64,000 nt of DNA, taken from the NCBI GenBank assembly GCA_045630455.1, contig JAZQTD010000039.1:6498-70497 (forward strand), given 5' to 3'. The notes under the pieces were generated by a model. That model was not told the origin of the DNA. It worked only from the letters and a program-made list of their open reading frames with translations, and did no database searches. Source of the stretch: Candidatus Enterousia sp. (GTDB taxonomy: Bacteria > Pseudomonadota > Alphaproteobacteria > Rs-D84). The translations under genes and the position numbers were made by a program. Shown piece by piece: positions 1-11,978 of the stretch. How positions within the stretch are numbered: the first letter of the stretch is position 1; every line of letters starts with the position of its first letter.

Positions 1-123
1 AGCATATACGGTCCAATGCAAATTATGGCATATATAACGTTGGGGCGTGATGCCACGATATATCCAGATACACTTGGATTTTATGTAACAGACTTTAACG
101 CGTACAGGATGTATAACGAATGA
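1..123 (+). CDS. 3' end of unidentified CDS (partial, runs off window start)
   Basis: The frame is open from position 1 (...GFYVTDFNAYRMYNE*). Its TGA overlaps the next ATG (ATGA at 120-123), suggesting translational coupling. No family recognised. Confidence 0.3.
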   Translation, partial: SIYGPMQIMAYITLGRDATIYPDTLGFYVTDFNAYRMYNE

Positions 124-761
124 AAAAACTGATTATGTTTTTTGCGGGATTGATTCTGATGTGCCTGATGTTTGGGATGGTGATGGTTGGTGGTGCGCTT
201 TATGATACTGCATCCCAGCAGACAATTGATACATTCTTTTTCCAGCCGACTAATTTGTCATCTCGTCGTATTGGGGCACCTGTTGCGCTGGAAGATTTAA
301 GTAACGACCAAATTCGTGAAATGCTGGTAGACAAATTTATAACAGAATATTTCTATGTTATACCAGATATGCACGATGTAACCCAGCGACTAGAAGGTGG
401 CAAAGGACTGCGTCGTATGGTGTCTGCGGATGTGTTTAATCAATGGGCTGCAACGACAGGTGCTGAAATATCTGAAATGGCGACAAGTGGTGCAATGCGA
501 ATGGCACGATTGATTGAGATGGAATTGCCTTTAGAAAGCAAAGACTGGTGGACGGTGACGTATGAATTGACGACTTGGGATACACCAAATGATTTTTCGC
601 ATGCTCCAGAGGTTACGCGTGGGATTATGTACATAAACCTAACATATATCCCAGGGATTCGTAAAACACTTTCGCTTGAAAAGTTTGATTTGGGCAAATT
701 CTTGGAAAACGGTGGTGATCCATCGGTAATATTTATGTTTCGTGTCGAGGATGTAGAGTAA
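120..761 (+). CDS. hypothetical N-terminally membrane-anchored protein
   Basis: 213-aa ORF with a single N-terminal TM (LIMFFAGLILMCLMFGMVMVGGAL) and a soluble domain. The architecture vaguely recalls VirB8/NTF2-like proteins, but no diagnostic motif was seen. Confidence 0.55.
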   Translation: MKKLIMFFAGLILMCLMFGMVMVGGALYDTASQQTIDTFFFQPTNLSSRRIGAPVALEDLSNDQIREMLVDKFITEYFYVIPDMHDVTQRLEGGKGLRRMVSADVFNQWAATTGAEISEMATSGAMRMARLIEMELPLESKDWWTVTYELTTWDTPNDFSHAPEVTRGIMYINLTYIPGIRKTLSLEKFDLGKFLENGGDPSVIFMFRVEDVE

Positions 762-764
762 AAT

Positions 765-1535
765 ATGATTAAAAAATTTGGTATATTTTTATTGTTTGGT
801 CTGGCGACGCTTGGTGCGCGTGCTGATGATTTTGATTTTAGCGAGTTTGCAATCACAGACGGCGCAGATATAGATTTGATGCTGGATGCTATTACCCTGA
901 ACGACAACACGGGCGGTGCTGGGGTTGATGGTTTTGATATCGCAGGTGTAATGTTGGGTATGAGCTATGATGATGTAGAAATGTTGTTCTATAAGAACAA
1001 AGGGCTTTATGCGCCACGTAAAAAAGATAGTATAATTTATTCGATACATAAAGATTGGAAATATAATCTGGATTATGAATGCCGCCAAGACGGAATTGTT
1101 ATCCCAGAAAAACTGGAACACTGTATACGCACACTGGCAAAAAATCGTGGATTGTTGTATGCATCTGAAATGCATCTGGTGCGGGAAAACACAGGTGAAA
1201 CATTGGATGTATATTTTACCAGCAATGCAACAGATAATGTTGTCTGGCGAGTTGTTTACAATAACGACGTAAACGAGTTAGAAGGAGAATCTGAAAAATT
1301 CGAAAACCAACGTGAAAAAAAGATTCTAGCATTCTGGCAAAGCGTGCTGGATAAATATGGCGCACCGAATTCTGGCTCAGATAAATGGGCTTCATCTGAT
1401 AATGCGTATGATCCAGTTATGACGGCATACTATGGCGCACTAGATTTAGTAGATAACGGTCGTCGCGCAACGGACGAATCCGCGAATGTTCAGCAAGCAC
1501 GCGAAAACTTCAAAGCAAAATCTTATGCATTCTAA
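765..1535 (+). CDS. hypothetical secreted protein
   Basis: 256-aa ORF starting 4 nt after the previous stop, with a signal-peptide-like N-terminus (MIKKFGIFLLFGLATLGARA). No family recognised. Confidence 0.55.
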   Translation: MIKKFGIFLLFGLATLGARADDFDFSEFAITDGADIDLMLDAITLNDNTGGAGVDGFDIAGVMLGMSYDDVEMLFYKNKGLYAPRKKDSIIYSIHKDWKYNLDYECRQDGIVIPEKLEHCIRTLAKNRGLLYASEMHLVRENTGETLDVYFTSNATDNVVWRVVYNNDVNELEGESEKFENQREKKILAFWQSVLDKYGAPNSGSDKWASSDNAYDPVMTAYYGALDLVDNGRRATDESANVQQARENFKAKSYAF

Positions 1536-1878
1536 AAACAATAGTTATACAACAGGACTGCGTGCAGAATTTATCGCGCGTATGTATTTACGCCTGCATG
1601 GATTTCACATTTTGCACAGTCGATATATAACAGGACGAAACACAAATCGTGCAGAAATCGATATCATCGCAAAGCGAAAAAATCTTATTATTTTTGTAGA
1701 GGTTAAATCACGCCCCGACGTTCAAACCGCCTGTGAAGCCGTGACCATTCCCCAGGCACGCCGCTTACGTGCAGCGGCGGATACGTTTTTGATGCATCGC
1801 GGTTGGATGGGCGATGCGCGTTTTGATGTGATTGCGGTATGCGGTTGGCGTGTCACCTGGTTCAAAAATGCGATATAA
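1525..1878 (+). CDS. yraN: YraN-family (UPF0102) endonuclease-like protein
   Basis: Carries the family pattern GLRAEFIARMYLRLHGFHIL...AEIDIIAKRKNLIIFVEVKSR...DVIAV. Start moved to the internal ATG at 1525; the ORF-track start at 1486 overlaps the upstream gene. Confidence 0.75.
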   Translation: MHSKNNSYTTGLRAEFIARMYLRLHGFHILHSRYITGRNTNRAEIDIIAKRKNLIIFVEVKSRPDVQTACEAVTIPQARRLRAAADTFLMHRGWMGDARFDVIAVCGWRVTWFKNAI

Positions 1879-1946
1879 AAATTTGCAATCTATGCGACTT
1901 AGATTTATAATAAGTATGTTTTCACAAAAACACAAAAGGAGACACT

Positions 1947-2096
1947 ATGAAAAAAGCATTATTAGCATTATTTGCTGTTATGACATTGGCTGCCTGCACA
2001 GGCTCTTATAAATCTGGCAATTGCGAATATGATTTCTTGTTGCACAAAGATATTTCTATTTCAAAAATCGTTGGCAATATGACCGGCGGTTGTTAA
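1947..2096 (+). CDS. small putative lipoprotein (49 aa)
   Basis: Not in the ORF track because it is under 60 aa. AAGGAG-like RBS (aaaaggagacactATG), a lipobox-like signal (MKKALLALFAVMTLAAC) and an immediately following terminator. Confidence 0.5.
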   Translation: MKKALLALFAVMTLAACTGSYKSGNCEYDFLLHKDISISKIVGNMTGGC

Positions 2097-2127
2097 TAAA
2101 AATCCCCCAAACGGGGGATTTTTTTTA
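2097..2127. terminator. bidirectional rho-independent terminator
   Basis: aaaAATCCCCCaaacGGGGGATTtttttt lies between convergent genes, with an A-run upstream and a T-run downstream. Confidence 0.75.
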
Positions 2128-2139
2128 TAACTATGAAAG

Positions 2140-2481
2140 TTATTTTTTCCAGAATGCAAATCCACGACGTGTTGACTTTTCTTCGCGTTGCTTTCTGTCT
2201 TCGATTGCACGACGGCGTTCGGCACGACGTTCCTGGAAACGACGGGCTGATTCTTCGTCACGCTGAATCAATGTAATAGTTGTGGCTGATAATTTATCGT
2301 TGCGCACTTCTTCTTCGAACTCTACAATATCGTTTTCATTCAAAAAGCGAATGCCTGCAGCCTTTAAAGAACTGGAATGAACAAATACATCATCTGTGTT
2401 ACCATTTTCATTTGGTGTGTCTGGGGTAATAAACCCGAAACATTTTTTACCGTTATACCATTTTACTTTTCCCTGACGCAT
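2140..2481 (-). CDS. cspA: cold-shock domain protein with basic C-terminal extension
   Basis: CSD motifs GKVKWYNGKKCFGFI and DVFVHSSSL, followed by an Arg/Glu-rich tail. Confidence 0.85.
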   Translation of the reverse strand: MRQGKVKWYNGKKCFGFITPDTPNENGNTDDVFVHSSSLKAAGIRFLNENDIVEFEEEVRNDKLSATTITLIQRDEESARRFQERRAERRRAIEDRKQREEKSTRRGFAFWKK

Positions 2482-2600
2482 AATCGTATCCTTTGTTATG
2501 CTTGTTATGGTTCTCTAAGACAGTCAAGAACCTGATATTATTTTGCCACTTTTGGCAATTTAACGCAAGGGGAATAAAAAGACCCGCCGATGGCGGGATT

Positions 2601-4001
2601 TTATGATTTTTTGTAATAACGTTGGACTTCGTTCATCACAAAGTTAAACAGTTTGCCCGCCAGAGTGGTCGCGGGAACCGCCCAATCTTTCTGCATATAG
2701 GGCATTGCCGACACCAATACAAAGCGCGCCATAAAATGGAAAATCGTGCTTTCTTGGTGACGCGACAATTTTGTTGGCGCATCTTCAACACGAAAGACTT
2801 CGTTTTCAATCGCATCATCCAGTTTTTCATTTATGTTATCTAATATTTTCTGTGGATAATACAGTTTACATTCGTGCGGAAACCCCTCAAACATAGACAT
2901 ACGAGTATCTTGGGAATATAAAATATTCCAACCAACACGTTCAAACAATGCCTCCAGACAGCGACAAATCATACGATTATAAGATTTTACACCGTCTTCA
3001 AGGAATGTCGCCAACTGGCTTTCCATATTATCGGATTTAGCATTCTTGGCACGGCGTGTTGTTTCATACACATCGTGCGTTTTACGCTCGAATTCAAAAA
3101 ATGTACGAACCTGACAAATGATTTCCATCGGGACAACCGTTTTCCCGTGTCCAATATTTAATATAACCTTGGCATCACGATAATTACGTGGGTTTGTCAT
3201 ATCATAAAACTTGTCCCGACTGGACAGTACGCGCTCTGGCATCGCGGCATATAAACGCTCTATGAACGTGCGCGCCTGGGGAACCAAGTCGAACAAACAC
3301 TTTACACGCCAAACGTCCTGTAATCTATGATGTGGTTTTTCAATCTTGTCCAAGGCACGAACCATTTCAACCGCAATTTTTTCGTGTCCGCGACCAATGA
3401 TGGACAAAACTGTTTCAGATGCATTTGTAATGTATTTTTCATTAAATATTTCGTGAATTTTGTCTGATATCGCACGCGCAGATGCATCACGACCATCTGC
3501 ACTTAGCACACGATATGCCGCACGCGCAACTTCGTTAACATAATCATGATAATATTTGCCAGTTATTTTATCCAGCGCACGCTGAATCTTTTTCTGGGCG
3601 GCGACAATAACCGTTACAATCGAAGATACAGACAGCTCAATTTTATGACCCGGCAGGCTTGTAAAAAACTGATTACGCATTGGGTCTGCGTCCAGACGAT
3701 GCTGAACAACGTATGGTACCAGTGGATGAATATCTGATATTTTCATCGGTTCTTCGATTGCAGAATCCGTCTCGTAATCATATTTCATAACTGGTGCTTT
3801 TGGCGCACCAAAAGATTTGCCCAGAACATGAAAAACCTCACGAAACCACATCATACTGTCGCTGTACAAGGTGCGCAGATATTCAGCGGCTTCGTCATTA
3901 ATACGTCCTGTTTCAAGTGCCTTGTCTATTGACGCAAGATTTTTTATATCCTGATTAATGGTCAACGCTTCTGCGTAAACTTCCGGCATACCATTATTCA
4001 T
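2601..4001 (-). CDS. hypothetical protein with divergent RelA/SpoT-like nucleotidyltransferase motif
   Basis: 466-aa ORF. The central stretch DVWRVKCLFDL...NPRNYRDAKVILNIG...VPMEIICQVRTFFEFERKTHDVYE fits the RelA_SpoT pattern (D..G.R....; GYrs.H; .E.Q.RT......H..Y). The coding call is solid; the functional call is weak. Confidence 0.4.
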   Translation of the reverse strand: MNNGMPEVYAEALTINQDIKNLASIDKALETGRINDEAAEYLRTLYSDSMMWFREVFHVLGKSFGAPKAPVMKYDYETDSAIEEPMKISDIHPLVPYVVQHRLDADPMRNQFFTSLPGHKIELSVSSIVTVIVAAQKKIQRALDKITGKYYHDYVNEVARAAYRVLSADGRDASARAISDKIHEIFNEKYITNASETVLSIIGRGHEKIAVEMVRALDKIEKPHHRLQDVWRVKCLFDLVPQARTFIERLYAAMPERVLSSRDKFYDMTNPRNYRDAKVILNIGHGKTVVPMEIICQVRTFFEFERKTHDVYETTRRAKNAKSDNMESQLATFLEDGVKSYNRMICRCLEALFERVGWNILYSQDTRMSMFEGFPHECKLYYPQKILDNINEKLDDAIENEVFRVEDAPTKLSRHQESTIFHFMARFVLVSAMPYMQKDWAVPATTLAGKLFNFVMNEVQRYYKKS

Positions 4002-4011
4002 ATCGCCCCCC

Positions 4012-5487
4012 CTACTTCATCATCGGGAATAGAACGATATCGCGCAGGGTTGGCTGATCAAAAATAATGCTTGCCAATCTGTCTACGCCCATACCGACAC
4101 CGGAAATTGGTGGAAAACCGTGTTCCATCGCACGAACAAAGTCGTTATCTGGATTAAATGCTTCTTCGTCACCATCGGCGATATTGCGTGCCTGTTCTTC
4201 GAATGCTGCCAATTGTTGGATTGGGTTTACAAGTTCTGAATACCCCTTGCAGATTTCAGCACCGCATACCAGCAACTGGTACATATCGATACGGCGTTCA
4301 TCCGCATCACTGCGGCGTGCCAATGGTACCATATACGCTGGATAGTTATACAAGATTGTTGGGTTTACAATGTCGTTGCGAATTTTACGCTTGTACACAT
4401 AGTCAACCAATGTTGGGATAGACTTTAAATCTTCCAATTCACTCATTGGGAACATACCCGCATCAACCAATTTCTGGCGCAGGGCATCGACATCGTCAAA
4501 GTCCAAGATATCACAGCCAAAGAATTCGTTCATCTTGGCGGTATAGTCAATCATTTCATATTTGCTGAAATCTAATTGTGTGCCTTGGTATTCGATTTGC
4601 AGTGTGCCACGGCATTTCATCAGCAATTCCTGGATTAATTCCCAAGTGAACTTGATATTGTCGTTATAATCCCAGTACGCCGCATACCATTCAACCATTG
4701 TAAATTCTTGCAGGTGGGTTGCATCCATACCTTCGTTGCGGAAGTCTTTGGCAACTTCGTACACACGGTCAAAGCCGGCACCGATTGCCTGCTTTAAGAA
4801 TAATTCTGGGGAAATACGCAGTTGGAAATCCGCATCCAGTGCATTGTGATGTGTTGTAAACGGACGCGCCGCCGCACCCGATGCGATATTCTGTAATACC
4901 GGTGTTTCTATTTCCAAGAAACCATTACGGTTCATATAATCACGCCAGTACTGGGTCATCTTGAATCGACCCAACAATGCATTGCGTGCCTCTGGATTTG
5001 AGATAATATCCAAATAACGCTGGCGATATCTGGTTTCCATATCGGTCAGCCCATGATACTTTTCAGGCAGTGGGCGCAAAGCCTTGGCCAGGATTTCATA
5101 GTTCGATACCTTTACCGTTAATTCGCCCGCCGTTGTATGATACAGTTCGCCTGTAATACCGATAAAGTCGCCCAAATCAACGTTAGCCTTCATAAACTTG
5201 TAGTTTTCTTCGCCCAATTCTTCGCGGGACATAGAAAACTGAATTTCGCCATCAATATCATAAATACGACCAAACATCAGTTTGCCCAACCAACGCAAAG
5301 CCGTTACACGACCCGCCAAGCGCACCGACGTGCCATCTACCAACTCTCGCGCCGCCACAATTGTATGTGTGCGGTCAAATTTGTCTTTCCATACAACACC
5401 GTCGCGCGCACGAATGTTTTCAGCCTTTTGCAGACGTGCCGTCAATTCATTGGTTGAAATCTGTGTATTTGTTGTATTTTCTGACAT
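4012..5487 (-). CDS. lysS: lysyl-tRNA synthetase, class II
   Basis: 491 aa with an OB-fold N-domain and class II motifs (FLEIETPVL, FRNEG, GVGMGVDRL). Confidence 0.95.
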   Translation of the reverse strand: MSENTTNTQISTNELTARLQKAENIRARDGVVWKDKFDRTHTIVAARELVDGTSVRLAGRVTALRWLGKLMFGRIYDIDGEIQFSMSREELGEENYKFMKANVDLGDFIGITGELYHTTAGELTVKVSNYEILAKALRPLPEKYHGLTDMETRYRQRYLDIISNPEARNALLGRFKMTQYWRDYMNRNGFLEIETPVLQNIASGAAARPFTTHHNALDADFQLRISPELFLKQAIGAGFDRVYEVAKDFRNEGMDATHLQEFTMVEWYAAYWDYNDNIKFTWELIQELLMKCRGTLQIEYQGTQLDFSKYEMIDYTAKMNEFFGCDILDFDDVDALRQKLVDAGMFPMSELEDLKSIPTLVDYVYKRKIRNDIVNPTILYNYPAYMVPLARRSDADERRIDMYQLLVCGAEICKGYSELVNPIQQLAAFEEQARNIADGDEEAFNPDNDFVRAMEHGFPPISGVGMGVDRLASIIFDQPTLRDIVLFPMMK

Positions 5488-5652
5488 TTTATTTTTCCCT
5501 TGGTTTTTTATAAAAAACGGGCGTACGAAAAGTGCGCCCGCAGTTTTGTTACTGATGGTCGCACAATCAATTAAAACGTTTAATAAACAATTTCATTTTT
5601 GTGTTCTACCTTTATTTTACCATAAAACCGCCACAAGGGCGGTTTCGAATTC

Positions 5653-5729
5653 TGGTGCGAGCAAAGGGGCTCGAACCCTCGACCTCAACCTTGGCAAGGT
5701 TGCGCTCTAGCCAACTGAGCTACGCTCGC
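5653..5729 (-). tRNA. tRNA-Gly (anticodon GCC), CCA encoded
   Basis: Hand-folded cloverleaf: GCGAGCG TA GCTC AGTTGGCTA GAGC G CAACC TTGCCAA GGTTG AGGTC GAGGG TTCGAGC CCCTT TGCTCGC A CCA. A hairpin plus T-run follows at about 5627-5647. Confidence 0.9.
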
Positions 5730-5787
5730 ATTGCGTGGTATATATTGACATATATTTTTTCGCTTTGCAAGTATTTTTTTTATTTTT

Positions 5788-6027
5788 TTACTTTTGATGC
5801 GATTTCATATACTCAAAACGCAATGAATCCAGTGTATACTGTTGCTTTGCAACCTCAAGACGCTGTTTGTTTATTTCCTTGTTCTCTCGCGTTGCTTGTT
5901 CCGTCGAACAAGTATTCAACGCAATCGCCAGCAATAAAACCATCCCTGCGGTAGCAATAGACCCACGCAACTTCACCTTGATTGGTTCATCGAACGTACC
6001 CTGCTCTATTTTTACTTTATTATCCAC
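5788..6027 (-). CDS. hypothetical small membrane protein
   Basis: 79-aa ORF with one TM (IATAGMVLLLAIAL). No family recognised. Confidence 0.4.
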   Translation of the reverse strand: MDNKVKIEQGTFDEPIKVKLRGSIATAGMVLLLAIALNTCSTEQATRENKEINKQRLEVAKQQYTLDSLRFEYMKSHQK

Positions 6028-6045
6028 ATTGCACCCCTTGTGTTA

Positions 6046-7029
6046 TTAAAACCAAGTCCAGGGCTGGAATACTTTTAACAAGCCCAGCGCAGTGCGTTTA
6101 TCCGCATATGTATGACCGCAACGTGGGCATACATTAAATGGCTTGATAATCGCCTTGACTTTCTTGGATACCAAGAACCACAAGTACAGACCAATCGCCC
6201 ACACGGCAATTACCAATCCCCACGCAACATAGCCGAAATAAGTATCAACTGTGCGGGTGATAACTGTTATTGTATCAACGTCTGATTTAGACAAATCATC
6301 ATAAATCTTGGTCGCAACACCCCAAGTAGATGGCCGCCAAGCATATACATGCTCTACCCCATAGTTGGTCAGCAATGTTGTCCCCAGACCACCGCTGTTT
6401 TTATCCAGCGCAGATTTTACCGCCGCGTCTAATGCCGCATCGATTTCAGTCTGGGCAACACGAGTCAAATCTTTTTGCACCTTGTCCAGTTTTTCATTTA
6501 CCAATTTTGCTGTATTATCGACCGATGTGATTGTTTTGTTTGCCTTGGCCACTGTATCGTCTACGTCTGCAACGGCTTTATCAACACTATCCGTTTTAAC
6601 ACCAAATTTATTTGCCAGCCCCGTCAATTTCTTAACACCGGATGTTTTTTCCGTGACCGCGGCGGTTTTTTCTTTGGCTTTGTCGGTGACATCACTTACC
6701 TTGTCAACCGCATTTTCCGCCATTTTAACCTGTTTAATTGCGGCAGCAATTGGCTTTTCCAGATTGATAGAGTCTGCAACACCTTTTAATAATGCTTCGT
6801 ATTGTTTTACAATACCACGTTGCAGGTCAAAGAATATTGAAACAACAATTGATTTCTTAATCGGCTGGCTGTATGTGTTTTTGACATGCAACGGAAACCA
6901 AGCCAGCAAAACAACCCACACAACAGTCACAATTGTAAATGTGCGTTTAACACCTTTAACAAGTGATGCTTTTTTCGCGACCGTTTTTGCGCCACCCATA
7001 TCGATTACTTCAACTTGCCTTTTTGCCAT
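6046..7029 (-). CDS. hypothetical membrane protein with long coiled-coil and C-terminal CPRCGH motif
   Basis: 327-aa ORF with two TM segments flanking a Lys/Asp/Val/Thr-rich helical region. No family recognised. Confidence 0.55.
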   Translation of the reverse strand: MAKRQVEVIDMGGAKTVAKKASLVKGVKRTFTIVTVVWVVLLAWFPLHVKNTYSQPIKKSIVVSIFFDLQRGIVKQYEALLKGVADSINLEKPIAAAIKQVKMAENAVDKVSDVTDKAKEKTAAVTEKTSGVKKLTGLANKFGVKTDSVDKAVADVDDTVAKANKTITSVDNTAKLVNEKLDKVQKDLTRVAQTEIDAALDAAVKSALDKNSGGLGTTLLTNYGVEHVYAWRPSTWGVATKIYDDLSKSDVDTITVITRTVDTYFGYVAWGLVIAVWAIGLYLWFLVSKKVKAIIKPFNVCPRCGHTYADKRTALGLLKVFQPWTWF

Positions 7030-7099
7030 TTGTTCCCCCTTGTTGCTTTGTTTTTTACAAATAATAGTTTATATAATTCCAACAGTGTATTGCAATCAC

Positions 7100-7432
7100 T
7101 TATTTAGTTTTGCCTGTTTTAGGATGCATTTGCGCAATAGTTTCACGAAACTTGGAAATTTCTGATCGCAAATCTTTTTTCATTTGATTGATTTGTGGGT
7201 ATCTAATTGCTTGATACTTTTGAACAGTCTTTATACATTCGTTATATTCCCAGATTGTTTCGCCAATCCCAGACACAACGGTGACATCAACTTCTGGGGT
7301 CGTGTGCCATTCGTCACGATTGGCACGACAAACTAATGTGTAAATGTGATAATACCTATCATCACATGAGTCAATCGTTTGTTTAACCTTGTAGTCCAAA
7401 ATCAAATCGCTGGCATTTATTTTGGCAACCAT
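7100..7432 (-). CDS. hypothetical protein
   Basis: 110-aa ORF co-oriented with its neighbours. No family recognised. Confidence 0.45.
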   Translation of the reverse strand: MVAKINASDLILDYKVKQTIDSCDDRYYHIYTLVCRANRDEWHTTPEVDVTVVSGIGETIWEYNECIKTVQKYQAIRYPQINQMKKDLRSEISKFRETIAQMHPKTGKTK

Positions 7433-7443
7433 AATTACATTTC

Positions 7444-9887
<2,444 letters not shown>

Positions 9888-9890
9888 CGC

Positions 9891-10787
9891 TTACTTCTTA
9901 AACTCTAACCCTTGGTCGATATAGTTTTCTGCCTTTTCTTCCCAGTCAGGTTCAACACGAACAAACAAGTGCAGACGTGCGTTTACATCCCACTGGTCTT
10001 GGATATCGTGACGGGCCGCCGTTCCAATGCGTTTTAGTTGTTCGCCACCCTTACCCACGACTATCTTTTTATGTGCTTCGTTTTGAACTGCAATTTTTTG
10101 ATAGATATCCAGAACACCATCCGCATCAACATCAACACGTTCGGTCACAACGTTGATATGATACGGCAATTCTTGGTGGATATATTTATAAATCTTTTCA
10201 CGGGTCAATTCCGATAAATACAGTTCGTCCGGCACATCTGGCGCATCAACCGTATCAAATAAATATGGACTTTCGGGCATTACATCCGCCAATGCAGCCA
10301 GCATTTTTTCAACGCCGTCATTTTTCAGGGCTGAAATCATAAATATTTCACGCCACGGGGCCAGTTCGTTTAATTCTGCAACCATTGGTAGCAGTTCCAG
10401 TTTCGGAATTGCATCAACCTTGTTCAATGCGACAAAGATATTTGGGCGATCTGCAACCTTTTGCGCCAGTGTGCGAATTGTTTCAGTGATCCCCTTTTGC
10501 GCATCCACCAGTAACAATACCGCATCCGCATCTGCCACCGCATCCATAGCGGCCGCAACCATTGCCCTATCCAGACGACGAGACGGCTTAAACACGCCGG
10601 GAGTATCAACGAACACCAGCTGTTTCGCACCAACCATCTTAACCGCACGCAGGCGAGTTCTGGTCGTTTGCACTTTGTGCGAAACAATGGACACTTTGCG
10701 TCCCATAATTTGATTTAACAATGTACTTTTGCCCGCATTTGTCGGGCCGATAATGGCAACAAAGCCAGAGTATGTTTTTTCAGTCAT
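9891..10787 (-). CDS. era: GTPase Era
   Basis: G1 motif GFVAIIGPTNAGKSTLLN, DTPG, NKVD and a C-terminal KH domain. Start set at MTEKTYSGF. Confidence 0.95.
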   Translation of the reverse strand: MTEKTYSGFVAIIGPTNAGKSTLLNQIMGRKVSIVSHKVQTTRTRLRAVKMVGAKQLVFVDTPGVFKPSRRLDRAMVAAAMDAVADADAVLLLVDAQKGITETIRTLAQKVADRPNIFVALNKVDAIPKLELLPMVAELNELAPWREIFMISALKNDGVEKMLAALADVMPESPYLFDTVDAPDVPDELYLSELTREKIYKYIHQELPYHINVVTERVDVDADGVLDIYQKIAVQNEAHKKIVVGKGGEQLKRIGTAARHDIQDQWDVNARLHLFVRVEPDWEEKAENYIDQGLEFKK

Positions 10788-10897
10788 ACGCAAACAATAG
10801 CACACTAAAACCAAAAGTGAATAAAAATCTTGCAATTATGTGCGTGGATTTTCCATAATATGGATGTGAGTGGGGACAACAGAAAAGGATTATCAAA

Positions 10898-11611
10898 ATG
10901 CTGCTGACCGGACCAGAAATAAAAAAGCGTATGATGGGGAAAAATCCTGATATCGTAATTCGACCATTTGATGATAGATGTTTGGGGTCGAACAGTTATG
11001 ATTTGCACTTGGGCGATACGCTAAAGGTATATAAACACACAATCCCGTTTGGTATGAAACCGGCAATTGAGTACAAAGGCGCCCCAAAAGCACACACTAT
11101 GCGCGACTGGTTCGAATACAGTACACGATACGAAACATACAAATCAAATCCAAATGAATACGATATTCGTAATCCACGGTACTTGATTGACCCGACCAAT
11201 CCTGCACACCACGAAACAATTGATATAAAAATCCCTGAAACGGGACTGATTCTGTCGCCGGATGTTGGGTATTTGGGCTCGACAGTCGAATATACAGAAA
11301 CGCGTAATCTGTTCCCAGAAATTGACGGTAAATCCAGTATTGGGCGTAATTTTATACTAAATCATCATACAGCGGGACGTGGTGACGATGGATTCTGCGG
11401 TCAATGGACACTGGAAATACACGTTCTTTATCCGACTGTGGTTTATCCATATATGCGTATCGGTCAGATTTATTTCAAAGAATTTACAGGCGAACGTAAG
11501 CCGTATGATAAAAACCCAACCAGTCACTATAACGGGCAAATGGGGCCAACCCCCGCCGCACCAGTACCGGTTGACACATTTTTGAACGATTTAATTCAAA
11601 AACAAAAGTAA
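10898..11611 (+). CDS. dcd: dCTP deaminase / dUTPase-superfamily protein (long form)
   Basis: N-terminus MLLTGPEIKKRM...IRPFDDRCLGSNSYDLHLG resembles Dcd. The protein is longer (237 aa) than E. coli Dcd. Confidence 0.75.
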   Translation: MLLTGPEIKKRMMGKNPDIVIRPFDDRCLGSNSYDLHLGDTLKVYKHTIPFGMKPAIEYKGAPKAHTMRDWFEYSTRYETYKSNPNEYDIRNPRYLIDPTNPAHHETIDIKIPETGLILSPDVGYLGSTVEYTETRNLFPEIDGKSSIGRNFILNHHTAGRGDDGFCGQWTLEIHVLYPTVVYPYMRIGQIYFKEFTGERKPYDKNPTSHYNGQMGPTPAAPVPVDTFLNDLIQKQK

Positions 11612-11639
11612 AAAATCCCCCGTTTAGGGGATTTTTTTA
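11610..11639. terminator. bidirectional rho-independent terminator
   Basis: aaaaAATCCCCcgtttaGGGGATTttttt lies between convergent genes. Confidence 0.7.
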
Positions 11640-11864
11640 TTTCTTTTTTGATTTTGATTTTGCGACTGCCTTTGCTGCAGGCTTTCTGTATTCGCGTGCC
11701 AACGCAACAATACAAGTATATGCCAATAATGCAGACATCGCAGTAATCAGACCCGAAACCAGACCATCAGAAAAGACTGCAAACAAAATAATTGATGCAA
11801 CCAAAACAACTGTATAGCCTAAGTTAGCAGACAATACATTCATCAGTTTTTCAAAAGATTTCAT
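11637..11864 (-). CDS. hypothetical small membrane protein
   Basis: 75 aa with two hydrophobic helices and a Lys-rich C-terminus. Confidence 0.45.
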   Translation of the reverse strand: MKSFEKLMNVLSANLGYTVVLVASIILFAVFSDGLVSGLITAMSALLAYTCIVALAREYRKPAAKAVAKSKSKKK

Positions 11865-11978
11865 ATTTTTTTCCTTTGCTTATACACGTGTATTATATCA
11901 CAGTCATATTCTGTTCGCTATGAAAAAAGACCACGAATAAATCCGTGGTCTTGTCTTTAAGGCACTAAACAAAAACTG

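Noticed and set aside
120-1535. The first two complete ORFs as VirB8/VirB9-like type IV secretion components
   Set aside because: Only the general architecture is suggestive (an N-terminal TM plus a globular domain, and a signal peptide on the next protein). The 256-aa protein does not resemble VirB9 as I remember it, and no diagnostic motifs were seen.
5517-5547. Hairpin plus U-run ~25 nt upstream of the lysS start, considered as an attenuator, riboswitch or T-box
   Set aside because: The leader is far too short for an L-box or T-box, and no specifier or antiterminator alternative is visible. It is most simply a second terminator following tRNA-Gly, or an insulator before lysS.
6365-7165. 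266-aa plus-strand ORF, and 6475..6789
   Set aside because: These are antisense shadows of the 327-aa minus-strand gene. The products are low-complexity Ser/Thr/Ala-rich, no RBS is present, and they would overlap two minus-strand genes.
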